This document shows, piece by piece, positions 20,443 to 30,280 of a stretch of 64,000 bases of DNA. This stretch comes from a virus (lineage: Duplodnaviria > Caudoviricetes). The stretch spans positions 678-64,677 of IMG/VR virus record IMGVR_UViG_3300030376_005231. One strand, written 5' to 3'. How positions within the stretch are numbered: the stretch's first letter is position 1; each line of letters starts with the position of its first letter. Made by a program: the position numbers and the translations under genes. The notes beneath the pieces were generated by a model. It worked only from the letters and a program-made list of their open reading frames with translations. It searched no databases and was not told the DNA's origin.

Positions 20443-22663
20443 AATATACACTACACTTGTAGATGTTATTCCTAAATCTGTTTTAACAAATAAAAATAGA
20501 GCAAAAACTTGGGAATATGGTTTTAATGAAAAGTACGGTATTGTTATAATATCTCGTACAGGTCAAATAGGAGAAATAATCCAAATAAATGGTGTAGATA
20601 TAGCGTTGCCATTACAACCAAAAATCATTACAAAAAGACATACTGATAAATCTCAACAATATTGGGAACGACAAGAATATCCTAAAGTATTAAAAAGAAT
20701 TACATCTATATTTCAATGGAATGATATGCCTTCTGCATTTAAAAATCAATGGGTAGATTATATTGAAAATGAATTTGACCGCAGAGAAGATGGACATTGG
20801 TTTTACAATAATGGCAAGCCAACTTACATAACGGGTTCACATTATGTATATCTTCAATGGACAAAAATAGATGTTGGTTTTCCTGATTATAGAGAAGCCA
20901 ATAGATGGTTTTTTATTTATTGGGAAGCATGTAAAGCTGATATAAGAAGTTTTGGATTATGTTATTTAAAAATTAGACGTTCCGGATTTTCTTTTATGGG
21001 TTCTTCAGAATGTATAAATACAGGAACATTAGCTAAAGATTCTAGAGTTGGAATATTATCTAAAACAGGTTCTGATGCAAAAAAAATGTTTACAGATAAA
21101 GTAGTTCCAATAGGAACTAATCTACCTTTCTTTTTTAAACCTATTCAAGATGGTATGGACAAACCTAAAACTGAATTAGCTTTTAGAATTCCTGCTTCTA
21201 AGATTACTAAAAAAAATATGTATAACGTTGAGGATGAAGAACTTGACGGATTAGATACTACAATAGATTGGAAAAATACAGATGACAACTCCTATGATGG
21301 AGAAAAATTATTATTATTAGTTCATGATGAAAGTGGAAAATGGTTAAAGCCTAATAACATTTTAAATAATTGGAGAGTTACTAAAACTTGTTTACGATTA
21401 GGTAGTAAAATAATTGGTAAGTGTATGATGGGGTCTACGTCTAATGCATTATCTAAGGGTGGTGGAAATTTTAAAAATCTTTATGAAGATTCTGACCCAA
21501 CAAATAGAAATGCTAACGGTCAAACTAAATCAGGTTTATATAATTTATTTATTCCAATGGAATGGAATATGGAGGGGTTTATTGACAGATATGGTATGCC
21601 TGTTTTAGAAACACCTAAAGAACCTGTGTTAGGAATTGATAATGCAATGATTAAAATAGGAGCAATTGAGTATTGGCAAAATGAAGTTGATTCATTAAAG
21701 TCAGACCCTGATGCGTTAAACGAATATTACAGACAATTTCCAAGAACTGAGTCTCATGCTTTTCGTGATGAAAGTAAGCAGTCATTATTTAATTTAACTA
21801 AAATATATCAACAAATTGATTATAATGATTCTTTAATTATGGAACATCATGTTACTAAAGGAAGTTTTTATTGGAAAGATGGAATTAAAGATTCTTTAGT
21901 AATGTTTAGACCTGACAGAAACGGTAGGTTTATGGTAGGATGGACACCAAAAAAATCTTTACAAAACAGACATTATGTAAAAAATGGAAAAAAATATCCT
22001 GCTAATGAACATATCGGTTCTTTTGGTTGTGATAGTTATGATATATCCGGAGTTGTAGGTGGAGGAGGTTCTAATGGAGCTTTGCATGGAATGACTAAGT
22101 TTAATATGGACGATGCTCCTTCTAATGAATTTTTTTTAGAATATGTCGCAAGACCTCAAACAGCTGAGATATTTTTTGAAGATGTTTTAATGGCGTGTGT
22201 ATTTTATGGTATGCCATTATTATGTGAAAATAATAAACCTCGTCTTTTGTATCATTTTAAAAACAGAGGATATAGAGGTTTTAGTATGAATAGACCTGAC
22301 AAAGTATTTAATAAGTTATCAAAAACAGAAAGAGAATTAGGGGGTATACCAAATTCAAGTGAAGACGTAAAACAGTCTCATGCATCTGCTATTGAGTCTT
22401 ATATTGAAAAACATGTTGGTTTGGATTTTGAAGGAACGTTTAGAGATAGTGAAGATATGGGTATAATGCCATTTATTCGCACCCTTGAAGATTGGGCAAA
22501 ATTTGATATATCAAATAGAACAAAATTTGATGCTACAATAAGCTCAGGATTGGCTATTATGGCTAATCAAAAACACCTTTATTTACCTACCAAAAAAGAG
22601 TCAAAAATAAGCATTAACTTTGCAACATACACTAACACAGGAACTTTAAGCAAAATATTATAA
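20420..22663 (+). CDS. terL: Terminase large subunit
   Basis: Walker A-like LKIRRSGFS, Walker B LLLVHDESGK, motif C MGSTSN, nuclease FGCDSYD and FDATISSGLA. Confidence 0.9.
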   Translation: MQNEGLNKIYTTLVDVIPKSVLTNKNRAKTWEYGFNEKYGIVIISRTGQIGEIIQINGVDIALPLQPKIITKRHTDKSQQYWERQEYPKVLKRITSIFQWNDMPSAFKNQWVDYIENEFDRREDGHWFYNNGKPTYITGSHYVYLQWTKIDVGFPDYREANRWFFIYWEACKADIRSFGLCYLKIRRSGFSFMGSSECINTGTLAKDSRVGILSKTGSDAKKMFTDKVVPIGTNLPFFFKPIQDGMDKPKTELAFRIPASKITKKNMYNVEDEELDGLDTTIDWKNTDDNSYDGEKLLLLVHDESGKWLKPNNILNNWRVTKTCLRLGSKIIGKCMMGSTSNALSKGGGNFKNLYEDSDPTNRNANGQTKSGLYNLFIPMEWNMEGFIDRYGMPVLETPKEPVLGIDNAMIKIGAIEYWQNEVDSLKSDPDALNEYYRQFPRTESHAFRDESKQSLFNLTKIYQQIDYNDSLIMEHHVTKGSFYWKDGIKDSLVMFRPDRNGRFMVGWTPKKSLQNRHYVKNGKKYPANEHIGSFGCDSYDISGVVGGGGSNGALHGMTKFNMDDAPSNEFFLEYVARPQTAEIFFEDVLMACVFYGMPLLCENNKPRLLYHFKNRGYRGFSMNRPDKVFNKLSKTERELGGIPNSSEDVKQSHASAIESYIEKHVGLDFEGTFRDSEDMGIMPFIRTLEDWAKFDISNRTKFDATISSGLAIMANQKHLYLPTKKESKISINFATYTNTGTLSKIL

Positions 22664-25099
22664 ATGAAAGATATTAAGATAGATATAACGTCCACAGGAT
22701 TCCCGAGTCAGTTTGTTTCAGATGCAGAAAAAGCAACCGCTGAGTTTGGATTACAAATAGGACAGGCTATTCAATATGAATGGTTTAGAAGAGATGGCGT
22801 TGGTAGTAGATATTATAGCCAATGGGAAAATTTTAATCGACTTAGGCTATATGCAAGGGGAGAACAAAACATTGGCAAGTATAAAAACGAACTAGCTGTA
22901 GATGGAGATTTAAGTTACTTAAACTTAGATTGGTCTATAGTTCCTGTTATTCCTAAATTTGTAGACATAGTAGTTAATGGTATGTCAGATAGACTTTTTA
23001 AAGTTGAAGCTTACGCTCAAGATGCAATGTCGCAACAAAATAGAAGTAAATATCAAGATGTAATTCAAGGTCAAATGGCAGGTAAAGACATCCTGTTAGA
23101 TATACAAAAAGATTTTGGTGTTGACCCTTTTATTACACAACCTGATAGTCTTCCTGAAAATGATGAAGAACTTTCGTTATATATGAATTTGAATTACAAG
23201 CCTGCGGTGGAAATAGCTGAAGAAGAAGCTATTAATACTTTGTTTGCTGAAAACCACTATCAGGACATTCGTAAACAAATTGATTATGATATTACAGTTT
23301 TAGGAATTGGTTGTGCTAAACATGAATTTTTACCGGGAAGTGGTGTGACAGTTAATTATGTTGACCCTGCAAACCTAGTTTATAGTTATACTGAAAACAA
23401 ACATTTTAAAGATTGTTTTTATTGGGGTGAAATTAAAACTGTACCAATTATAGAATTAATTAAGATTGACCCTACTTTAACTCCTGAAGATTTAGAAGAA
23501 ATAAGTAAATACAGTCAATCTTGGTATGATTATTTTAATACTGCACAGTATTATCAAAACAGTATATTTTATAGAGATACCGCAACTTTAATGTATTTTA
23601 ATTATAAGACCACAAAAGAATATGTGTATAAGAAAAAGAAATTAGATGGTGGCGGTTCAAGAGTAATAGAAAAAGATGACCAATTCAATCCTCCTGACGA
23701 AGTAATGGAAGAAGGAAATTTTGAAAAAGTAAGTAAAAGAATTGATGTGTGGTATGAAGGTGTTATGGTTATGGGAACAAACTTTATATTAAAATGGGAG
23801 TTAGCGGAAAATATGGTTAGACCAAAATCTGCTTCTCAGCATGCTATTTCTAATTATGTAGCTGTAGCTCCTAGAATGTATAAAGGAAATATAGAGTCAT
23901 TGACTAGAAGAATGATTCCATTTGCTGATTTAATTCAAATTACACATTTGAAGTTACAACAAGTAATTGCTAAAGTAGTTCCTGACGGTGTATTTATAGA
24001 TGCTGATGGATTGAGTGAAGTTGATTTAGGTACAGGTAACGCATATAATCCTGAAGATGCATTAAGGTTGTATTTTCAAACAGGTAGTGTTGTAGGTAGA
24101 AGTTATACTCAAGATGGTGAGTTTAATAATGCTAGAGTTCCTATTCAGCAATTAACTTCTAATAGTGGAGCTAGTAAAACACAAATGTTGATTACTAATT
24201 ATAATCATTATATGGATATGATTAGAACAGTAACAGGATTGAATGAAGCAAGAGATGGCTCTACTCCTAGTCCTGATGCATTAGTTGGTGTGCAAAAACT
24301 TGCCGCATTAAATTCTAATGTAGCAACTAGACATATATTAGAAGGTGCGTTATATATTTATAGAACTTTAGCTGAAGCTTTGTCTTATAGAGTTGCTGAC
24401 GTTTTAGAGTATTCTGATTTTAAAGAAGAGTTAGTTAATCAAATTGGTAAATACAACACTTCTATATTGGAAGAAATATCTGATTTATATATATATGATT
24501 TTGGAATCTTTATTGAGGTTTCTCCTGATGAAGAACAAAAAGCTATGTTAGAGCAAAACATACAAATGGCTTTATCTAAACAAGATATTAATTTAGAAGA
24601 CGCTATTGACATTAGAGAATTAAGAAATATTAAATTAGCTAATCAATTGTTAAAATTAAAGCGTAAACAAAAAGCTGAAGACGACCAAAAGAAAGAAGCG
24701 ATGAAAATGCAAATGCAAGCGAATGTTAATATGAAATCTCAACAAGCTGCAGCTGCAATATCTATGCAAAAAATACAAGCAGAATCTCAAGCTAAAATGC
24801 AATATCGTCAAGCTGACATTGCTTTTGAAATTGAAAAAATGAAAATAGAAGCTGAGCTAAAAGCTGATTTGATGGATAAAGAGTTTCAGTATAATATGCA
24901 AATAAAAGGTCAAGAGTCTGAAGCATTAGGTGCTAGAGAAAAACAAAGAGAAGAAGCAAAAGCTTCAAGAATTAGTCAGCAAAATACTCAGCAGTCAAAT
25001 TTAATAAATCAAAAGAAAAACAATCTACCTCCGCAATCATTTGAATCTAATGAGGATAGTTTAGATGGTTTTAATTTAGCTGAATTTGACCCTAGATAA
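22664..25099 (+). CDS. Portal protein
   Basis: 811 aa right after terL; RLYARGEQ, VIPKFVDIVVNG; long Q/K/E coiled-coil C-terminal barrel typical of podovirus portals. Confidence 0.85.
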   Translation: MKDIKIDITSTGFPSQFVSDAEKATAEFGLQIGQAIQYEWFRRDGVGSRYYSQWENFNRLRLYARGEQNIGKYKNELAVDGDLSYLNLDWSIVPVIPKFVDIVVNGMSDRLFKVEAYAQDAMSQQNRSKYQDVIQGQMAGKDILLDIQKDFGVDPFITQPDSLPENDEELSLYMNLNYKPAVEIAEEEAINTLFAENHYQDIRKQIDYDITVLGIGCAKHEFLPGSGVTVNYVDPANLVYSYTENKHFKDCFYWGEIKTVPIIELIKIDPTLTPEDLEEISKYSQSWYDYFNTAQYYQNSIFYRDTATLMYFNYKTTKEYVYKKKKLDGGGSRVIEKDDQFNPPDEVMEEGNFEKVSKRIDVWYEGVMVMGTNFILKWELAENMVRPKSASQHAISNYVAVAPRMYKGNIESLTRRMIPFADLIQITHLKLQQVIAKVVPDGVFIDADGLSEVDLGTGNAYNPEDALRLYFQTGSVVGRSYTQDGEFNNARVPIQQLTSNSGASKTQMLITNYNHYMDMIRTVTGLNEARDGSTPSPDALVGVQKLAALNSNVATRHILEGALYIYRTLAEALSYRVADVLEYSDFKEELVNQIGKYNTSILEEISDLYIYDFGIFIEVSPDEEQKAMLEQNIQMALSKQDINLEDAIDIRELRNIKLANQLLKLKRKQKAEDDQKKEAMKMQMQANVNMKSQQAAAAISMQKIQAESQAKMQYRQADIAFEIEKMKIEAELKADLMDKEFQYNMQIKGQESEALGAREKQREEAKASRISQQNTQQSNLINQKKNNLPPQSFESNEDSLDGFNLAEFDPR

Positions 25100-25157
25100 T
25101 ACTTAAAAAAAAGTAATAGTAAATGTGTAACTTTGTAATAAATTAAAATTAAATCAA

Positions 25158-26246
25158 ATGAATTTAGAAAACATTAAAGTAAGAGAGGTTTCTGCACCTG
25201 AAAAGGGCAAAGCTGAAATTGAGCAAGAGCTTTTAGATAAGAGTGCTCTACAAACAGAAAATACAACTGAAAGTGATAAAGCACCGGAAGTTGAGAAAAA
25301 AGAAGAAAATAATGTTGAACTGACTGATAGTTCAGTAAAAGATTATTTAGAAAAAAGATATAATAAGTCTATCGATTCATTTGAAGACTTGTTAAAAGAA
25401 AGAGAAGAGCAGCCGGAATTACCGGAAGATGTTTCTTCCTTTTTAAAATATAAAAAAGAAACAGGTAGAGGAATCAACGACTATGTTAAATTAAACAGAG
25501 ACTTTGAGGAAATGCAACCTGATAATTTGTTAGCTGAATATTTTTTAGCAACTGACGAAGCTATTGATTCAGAAGATGTAGATGCATTATTAGATGACTA
25601 CAGATTTGATGAAGATGTAGATGACGCTCAGGTAATAAAGAAAAGAAAGCTAGCAAAAAAGAGAGCAGTTGTTAAAGCTAGAAAGTATTTTAACGAACAA
25701 AAAGAACAATATAAACAACCCCTTGAGTCAAGAACGGTTGCTAGTTCTAATGATAGTGAAGAGCTTAAAGCATATAAACAATTTGCAGAGAGTGCAAAAA
25801 GCAAAGAGGAGACGGCTAGAAAAAATTCTGAGGTATTTCAACAAAAAACCAAAGAAGTTTTTTCAAATGAGTTCAAAGGTTTTGAGTTTAAAGTAGGTGA
25901 TAAAGATGTCACTTATAGTCCGGGAGATGTATCAGAATTACTATCTAAACAATCTAATGTTATGAATTTTATAAATAAATTCATGGATAGTTCAGGTCAA
26001 ATGAATGATGCATACGGATACCACAGAGCTTTATCACTTGCCATGAATCCTGAAAAGTTTGCCAAGTTCTTTTATGAACAAGGTCAATCGGATGGTGTTA
26101 CTGACGTAGTTCGTAAAACAAAAAATATAAATATGAAAGTTAGAAACACACCCGAAGTAGGAACTACTAAAGGAGGAATGAGAGTAAGAGCTTTAAATAC
26201 CGATTCAGGTCGAGGTTTAAAGATTAAAAGTGTAAAACGAAAATAA
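25158..26246 (+). CDS. Scaffolding protein
   Basis: Acidic helical protein between portal and capsid; basic C-terminal tail. Confidence 0.7.
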   Translation: MNLENIKVREVSAPEKGKAEIEQELLDKSALQTENTTESDKAPEVEKKEENNVELTDSSVKDYLEKRYNKSIDSFEDLLKEREEQPELPEDVSSFLKYKKETGRGINDYVKLNRDFEEMQPDNLLAEYFLATDEAIDSEDVDALLDDYRFDEDVDDAQVIKKRKLAKKRAVVKARKYFNEQKEQYKQPLESRTVASSNDSEELKAYKQFAESAKSKEETARKNSEVFQQKTKEVFSNEFKGFEFKVGDKDVTYSPGDVSELLSKQSNVMNFINKFMDSSGQMNDAYGYHRALSLAMNPEKFAKFFYEQGQSDGVTDVVRKTKNINMKVRNTPEVGTTKGGMRVRALNTDSGRGLKIKSVKRK

Positions 26247-26272
26247 TAGTCTAACAAAAAAAAATTAAAATT

Positions 26273-27727
26273 ATGGCAGTATTAGCAGCTCCAACGTTTC
26301 AATTGCAGCCAAGTGCTCAGCAAGTAGCGTTGTCGTCAAACTATATTACCAATACTCAATTTAACTTTTTGAATCAGTATCTACCGGATACTTATGAAAA
26401 AGAGTTTGAGAGATATGGTAATAGAACAGTATCATCATTCTTAAGAATGGTTGGTGCTGAAATGCCTTCTAACTCAGACCTTATCAAATGGGCAGAGCAA
26501 GGAAGGTTACATATTAAATATGTAAATTGTGTACTAGGTGGTGCAGCAGCGGGTGCAGCAGCGGAAACTTTTACAGTTCCTGCAGCTCAAATTGACCCTG
26601 CAAGACAACCATCAGGTTCAGTAGCACCGGCAGGTGCAGCAGGACAAATCGGTATCAGAAAAGGTCAAACAGTAATGATTTCTGATGATACAGCAGGTTC
26701 TGCATTAAATAACAAAGGTATCGTAACAGCTGTAACAGCTACTACATTTACTGTTAACTTCTACGAAGCAGCAGGATTAGCAGCTTACGCAGGAACAGTA
26801 TCTGTATTTATTTATGGTTCTGAATTCAAAAAAGGAGTTAATGGAATGGAAGGTGGATTAATATCTAACGATTTCATCTTTGAAAACTCTCCAATTATCT
26901 TAAAAGATAAGTACCAAGTATCAGGTTCTGATATGGCACAAATTGGATGGATTGAAATTCAAACTGAAGATGGAGCAAATGGATATTTATGGTATCTTAA
27001 ATCAGAGCACGAAACTAGATTACGTTTCGATGATTACTTAGAAACAGCTATGGTAGAAGCTGTACCGGCAGAAGCAGGTTCAGGTGTTGCTACTCAAGCA
27101 GTTTATGCAGATGCAGGTAACAAAGGTTCTGAAGGTGTATTCTATGTAGTAGAAGCTAGAGGAAATGTTTGGGGTGCAGGTAATCCTACTGATTTAGCAG
27201 GATTCGATAGCATTATTTCAAGATTAGATAAGCAAGGTTCTATTGAAGAAAATGTAATTTTCGTAAACAGAAACTTCTCTTTTGATATTGATGATATGTT
27301 AGCAGCTCAAAATTCTTATGGTGCAGGTGGTTCATCTTATGGACTATTTGATAACGATGAGGAGATGGCGTTAAATTTAGGTTTCACAGGATTTAGAAGA
27401 GGTTATGACTTCTACAAGTCTGAGTGGAAATACTTAAATGACCCAACAATGAGAGGTGGATTAATTGGTGGAGCAATCAACGGACTTTTAGTTCCTGCAG
27501 GTTCTACTACTGTTTATGACCAAATACTTGGTAAAAACGCTAAGAGACCTTTCTTACATGTTAGATATAGAGCTTCAGAAGCTGAAGACAGACGTTATAA
27601 GTCTTGGATTACAGGTTCTGCAGGTGGAGCAAGCAACAAAGATTTAGATGCAATGGAAGTTAACTTCCTATCTGAAAGATGTGTTTGTACTCTAGGAGCT
27701 AACAACTTCTTCTTATTTAAATCATAA
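26273..27727 (+). CDS. Major capsid protein
   Basis: 484 aa after scaffold; QYLPDTYEKEFERYG, WAEQGRLH; highly expressed codon style (TTC, AAC); followed by strong terminator. Confidence 0.88.
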   Translation: MAVLAAPTFQLQPSAQQVALSSNYITNTQFNFLNQYLPDTYEKEFERYGNRTVSSFLRMVGAEMPSNSDLIKWAEQGRLHIKYVNCVLGGAAAGAAAETFTVPAAQIDPARQPSGSVAPAGAAGQIGIRKGQTVMISDDTAGSALNNKGIVTAVTATTFTVNFYEAAGLAAYAGTVSVFIYGSEFKKGVNGMEGGLISNDFIFENSPIILKDKYQVSGSDMAQIGWIEIQTEDGANGYLWYLKSEHETRLRFDDYLETAMVEAVPAEAGSGVATQAVYADAGNKGSEGVFYVVEARGNVWGAGNPTDLAGFDSIISRLDKQGSIEENVIFVNRNFSFDIDDMLAAQNSYGAGGSSYGLFDNDEEMALNLGFTGFRRGYDFYKSEWKYLNDPTMRGGLIGGAINGLLVPAGSTTVYDQILGKNAKRPFLHVRYRASEAEDRRYKSWITGSAGGASNKDLDAMEVNFLSERCVCTLGANNFFLFKS

Positions 27728-27745
27728 TAAGAGTATATATTAAGA

Positions 27746-27774
27746 GGGAGGATTAACCTCCTCCCTTTTTTTTT
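27746..27774 (+). terminator. Rho-independent terminator after capsid gene
   Basis: GGGAGGA-TTAACC-TCCTCCC followed by T9. Confidence 0.9.
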
Positions 27775-27803
27775 AAAATTAAATTAAATTAAAATATAAT
27801 AAA

Positions 27804-28550
27804 ATGAAAAATAAAAAAGAATATGTAGATAAAGTCTACAGACTAAAAGGAGATAAAGCTCCTTTAGCTTTTATGTTAGCTTCTCAACATAGTAAAAGAT
27901 TTCCCTTAATGCATTTTGATACTGATGAAGGTGTTAACAAACCTTTGCGTTATGCTAAAAATCAAAAGTCACCTTTTGTGGATGACCAAGATGGTAACGT
28001 TATATTAGAACCTATAATATTTGAAGATGGTATGTTAAGCGTGATTAAAGAAAATCAAGTGTTACAAAAATTTTTAGCTTTACATCCTCAAAACGGTGCA
28101 TTGTTTGAAGAAATTAATAAAGGAAAAGAAGCAGCTCAAGACGTTGAAGAAATGTATGCTGAGGTTGATGCTTTAATTTTAGCTAGACAAATGACGCTTG
28201 CTCAATTAGAAATGATTGGTAGAGTTTTATTTGGAGATGTTAATAAAATGTCTACAGCAGAATTAAAAAGAGATATGTTAGTTTTTGCAAGAAATAATCC
28301 TGCAGATTTAATTAACATAGTTAATGACCCTATGTTAAAATTACAGTCTAAAGTTCAAATGTTTTTTGATAACAAATTGTTAATATATAAAAATAACAAA
28401 AGAGATGTACATTTTAATACATCGTCTAACAAAAAACGAATGGTTACAATACCATTTGGCGAAGACCCGCTATATATAGTATCTTCTTATCTTCAATCAG
28501 ATGAAGGCGTGGAAGCATTAAAACTGCTAGAAAAACGTTTAGAAAAATAA
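27804..28550 (+). CDS. Conserved virion-module hypothetical protein
   Basis: ORF track; LRYAKNQKSPFVDDQ motif; directly after capsid gene. Confidence 0.7.
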   Translation: MKNKKEYVDKVYRLKGDKAPLAFMLASQHSKRFPLMHFDTDEGVNKPLRYAKNQKSPFVDDQDGNVILEPIIFEDGMLSVIKENQVLQKFLALHPQNGALFEEINKGKEAAQDVEEMYAEVDALILARQMTLAQLEMIGRVLFGDVNKMSTAELKRDMLVFARNNPADLINIVNDPMLKLQSKVQMFFDNKLLIYKNNKRDVHFNTSSNKKRMVTIPFGEDPLYIVSSYLQSDEGVEALKLLEKRLEK

Positions 28551-28559
28551 TAAATTAGA

Positions 28560-28592
28560 AAGGGGTTAAAAAAATTAACCTCTTTTTTTTTT
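28560..28592 (+). terminator. Rho-independent terminator
   Basis: GGGGTTAA-AAAAA-TTAACCTC followed by a long T tract. Confidence 0.75.
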
Positions 28593-28618
28593 GCTTATCT
28601 TTGTAGAAAAGAATACAG

Positions 28619-29356
28619 ATGATACAACAAGTTTATGACGCTGTTCTTGCTATATTAAACAAAAATAATTACGGATATTTATCTCCGGCTGATTTTAATT
28701 TATATGCTAAACAAGCTCAGTTAGATTTATTTGAAGATATTTTTTATCAATTCAATTATCAGATTAACAAAGAAAATGTAAGGCAGTCAGGAACAGGTTA
28801 TGCAGATATAAAAAAAGGTTTAGTAGAAGTAATAGATATGTTTTCAGTTACTGCTGCTTTAACAACAGGTGTTAACAATACATATCAAATGCCATCGGTT
28901 GTCACAACAGGTTCTGATTTTTATTTTATAAACAAAATATTATGTTTCAAAGCTGATGGTGTTACTTATACGGGCGAAGCTGAAAGAGTAAGTCAAGGTA
29001 AAATTACATTATTAAACAATTCTTTATATACAGCACCTACAGAAACATATCCTGCTTACACTACACAAGGAAGCATTTTAACTGTTTTTCCTGCTACAAT
29101 AGTAGGACAGGGTCAAGTTCAGGCACAATACATTAGATATCCTGAAACACCTATGTGGACATATGTATCATTGGGTGCGGCACAGCAACCTCAATTTAGT
29201 GTTACGACAAGTTATCAAGACTTTGAATTACCTTTAGATTATTTTCAAGACTTGGTTAATAAGATTTTACAATTTGCAGGAATGGAAATAAGAGAAACTG
29301 AAGTTGTTCAGTTTGCATTAGGGCAAGACCAAATAGAAACTCAAGACGAACAATAA
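28619..29356 (+). CDS. Head-tail adaptor / tail ring protein
   Basis: LNKNNYGYLSP.DFNLYAKQAQ, AQYIRYP..P.W, ELP.DY...LV..IL pattern of podovirus tubular proteins; position. Confidence 0.65.
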   Translation: MIQQVYDAVLAILNKNNYGYLSPADFNLYAKQAQLDLFEDIFYQFNYQINKENVRQSGTGYADIKKGLVEVIDMFSVTAALTTGVNNTYQMPSVVTTGSDFYFINKILCFKADGVTYTGEAERVSQGKITLLNNSLYTAPTETYPAYTTQGSILTVFPATIVGQGQVQAQYIRYPETPMWTYVSLGAAQQPQFSVTTSYQDFELPLDYFQDLVNKILQFAGMEIRETEVVQFALGQDQIETQDEQ

Positions 29357-30279
29357 TGGCTTATATAAATCAATATCAATATTATACAAACAATAACACT
29401 AATCCTCAAGATGAGAATTGGGGTTCATATCAATATATTAGTTTAGAAGATATAATTACTAATTTTTTGTTAATGTATAATGGTAATCATTCTTTGGTAA
29501 ATAATGAGGAGAGATACAAAATATTGTTTCATGCAAAAAGAGCAATACAAGAATTAAACTACGATGCATTTAAAGAAGTCAAAGTATTAGAGCTACAGAT
29601 TAGTGATACATTACGATATGTACTACCATCTGATTATGTTAATTGGGTTCGTATATCTTTATCTTACAACGGATTACTAAGACCATTAGTAGAAAATGTA
29701 CAAATAAATAGTGCTAGTGCTTATCTACAAGATAACGCAGGTAATATATTGTTTGACCAAAATGGAAATATTTTAAAACCTGAAAATTCAGAGTTTACAA
29801 AAGAAAGATTACAAAACAAACAAAGAACACAGTATTTAAATCAAAATGCTCCTTACAATGGTTATTGGGGATGGGAAGTAGATGGTGCATGGTTTTTCGA
29901 CATGGCTATAGGAACATCTTGGGGATTAAACACAGAAACAGCTAACGCTAATCCTACTTTTCGTATTGATAAAAAAGCAGGTGTAATAAATTTTAGTTCA
30001 GCTATGAATGATAAATTAGCTATATTAGAATATATATCTGATGGTATGGAAAATGGTGACGACTCAAAAGTTTCTGTCAATAAATTATTTGAAGATTACA
30101 TGTATGCTTATATAGAATATGCTATATTGAATAGCAAGCTTGGTGTTCAAGAGTATGTAGTTAAAAGAGCTTTAAAAAGAAAATCATCACTATTAAGAAA
30201 TGCCAAGATTAGAGTAAGTAATATTCATCCGGGTCGTCTTATCCAAAACATGAGAGGTCAAGATAAATGGATAAAATAA
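29356..30279 (+). CDS. Tail ring/tubular protein
   Basis: Coupled to the previous gene; LPSDYVNWVRIS, LEYISDG; position. Confidence 0.6.
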   Translation: MAYINQYQYYTNNNTNPQDENWGSYQYISLEDIITNFLLMYNGNHSLVNNEERYKILFHAKRAIQELNYDAFKEVKVLELQISDTLRYVLPSDYVNWVRISLSYNGLLRPLVENVQINSASAYLQDNAGNILFDQNGNILKPENSEFTKERLQNKQRTQYLNQNAPYNGYWGWEVDGAWFFDMAIGTSWGLNTETANANPTFRIDKKAGVINFSSAMNDKLAILEYISDGMENGDDSKVSVNKLFEDYMYAYIEYAILNSKLGVQEYVVKRALKRKSSLLRNAKIRVSNIHPGRLIQNMRGQDKWIK

Positions 30280-30280
30280 T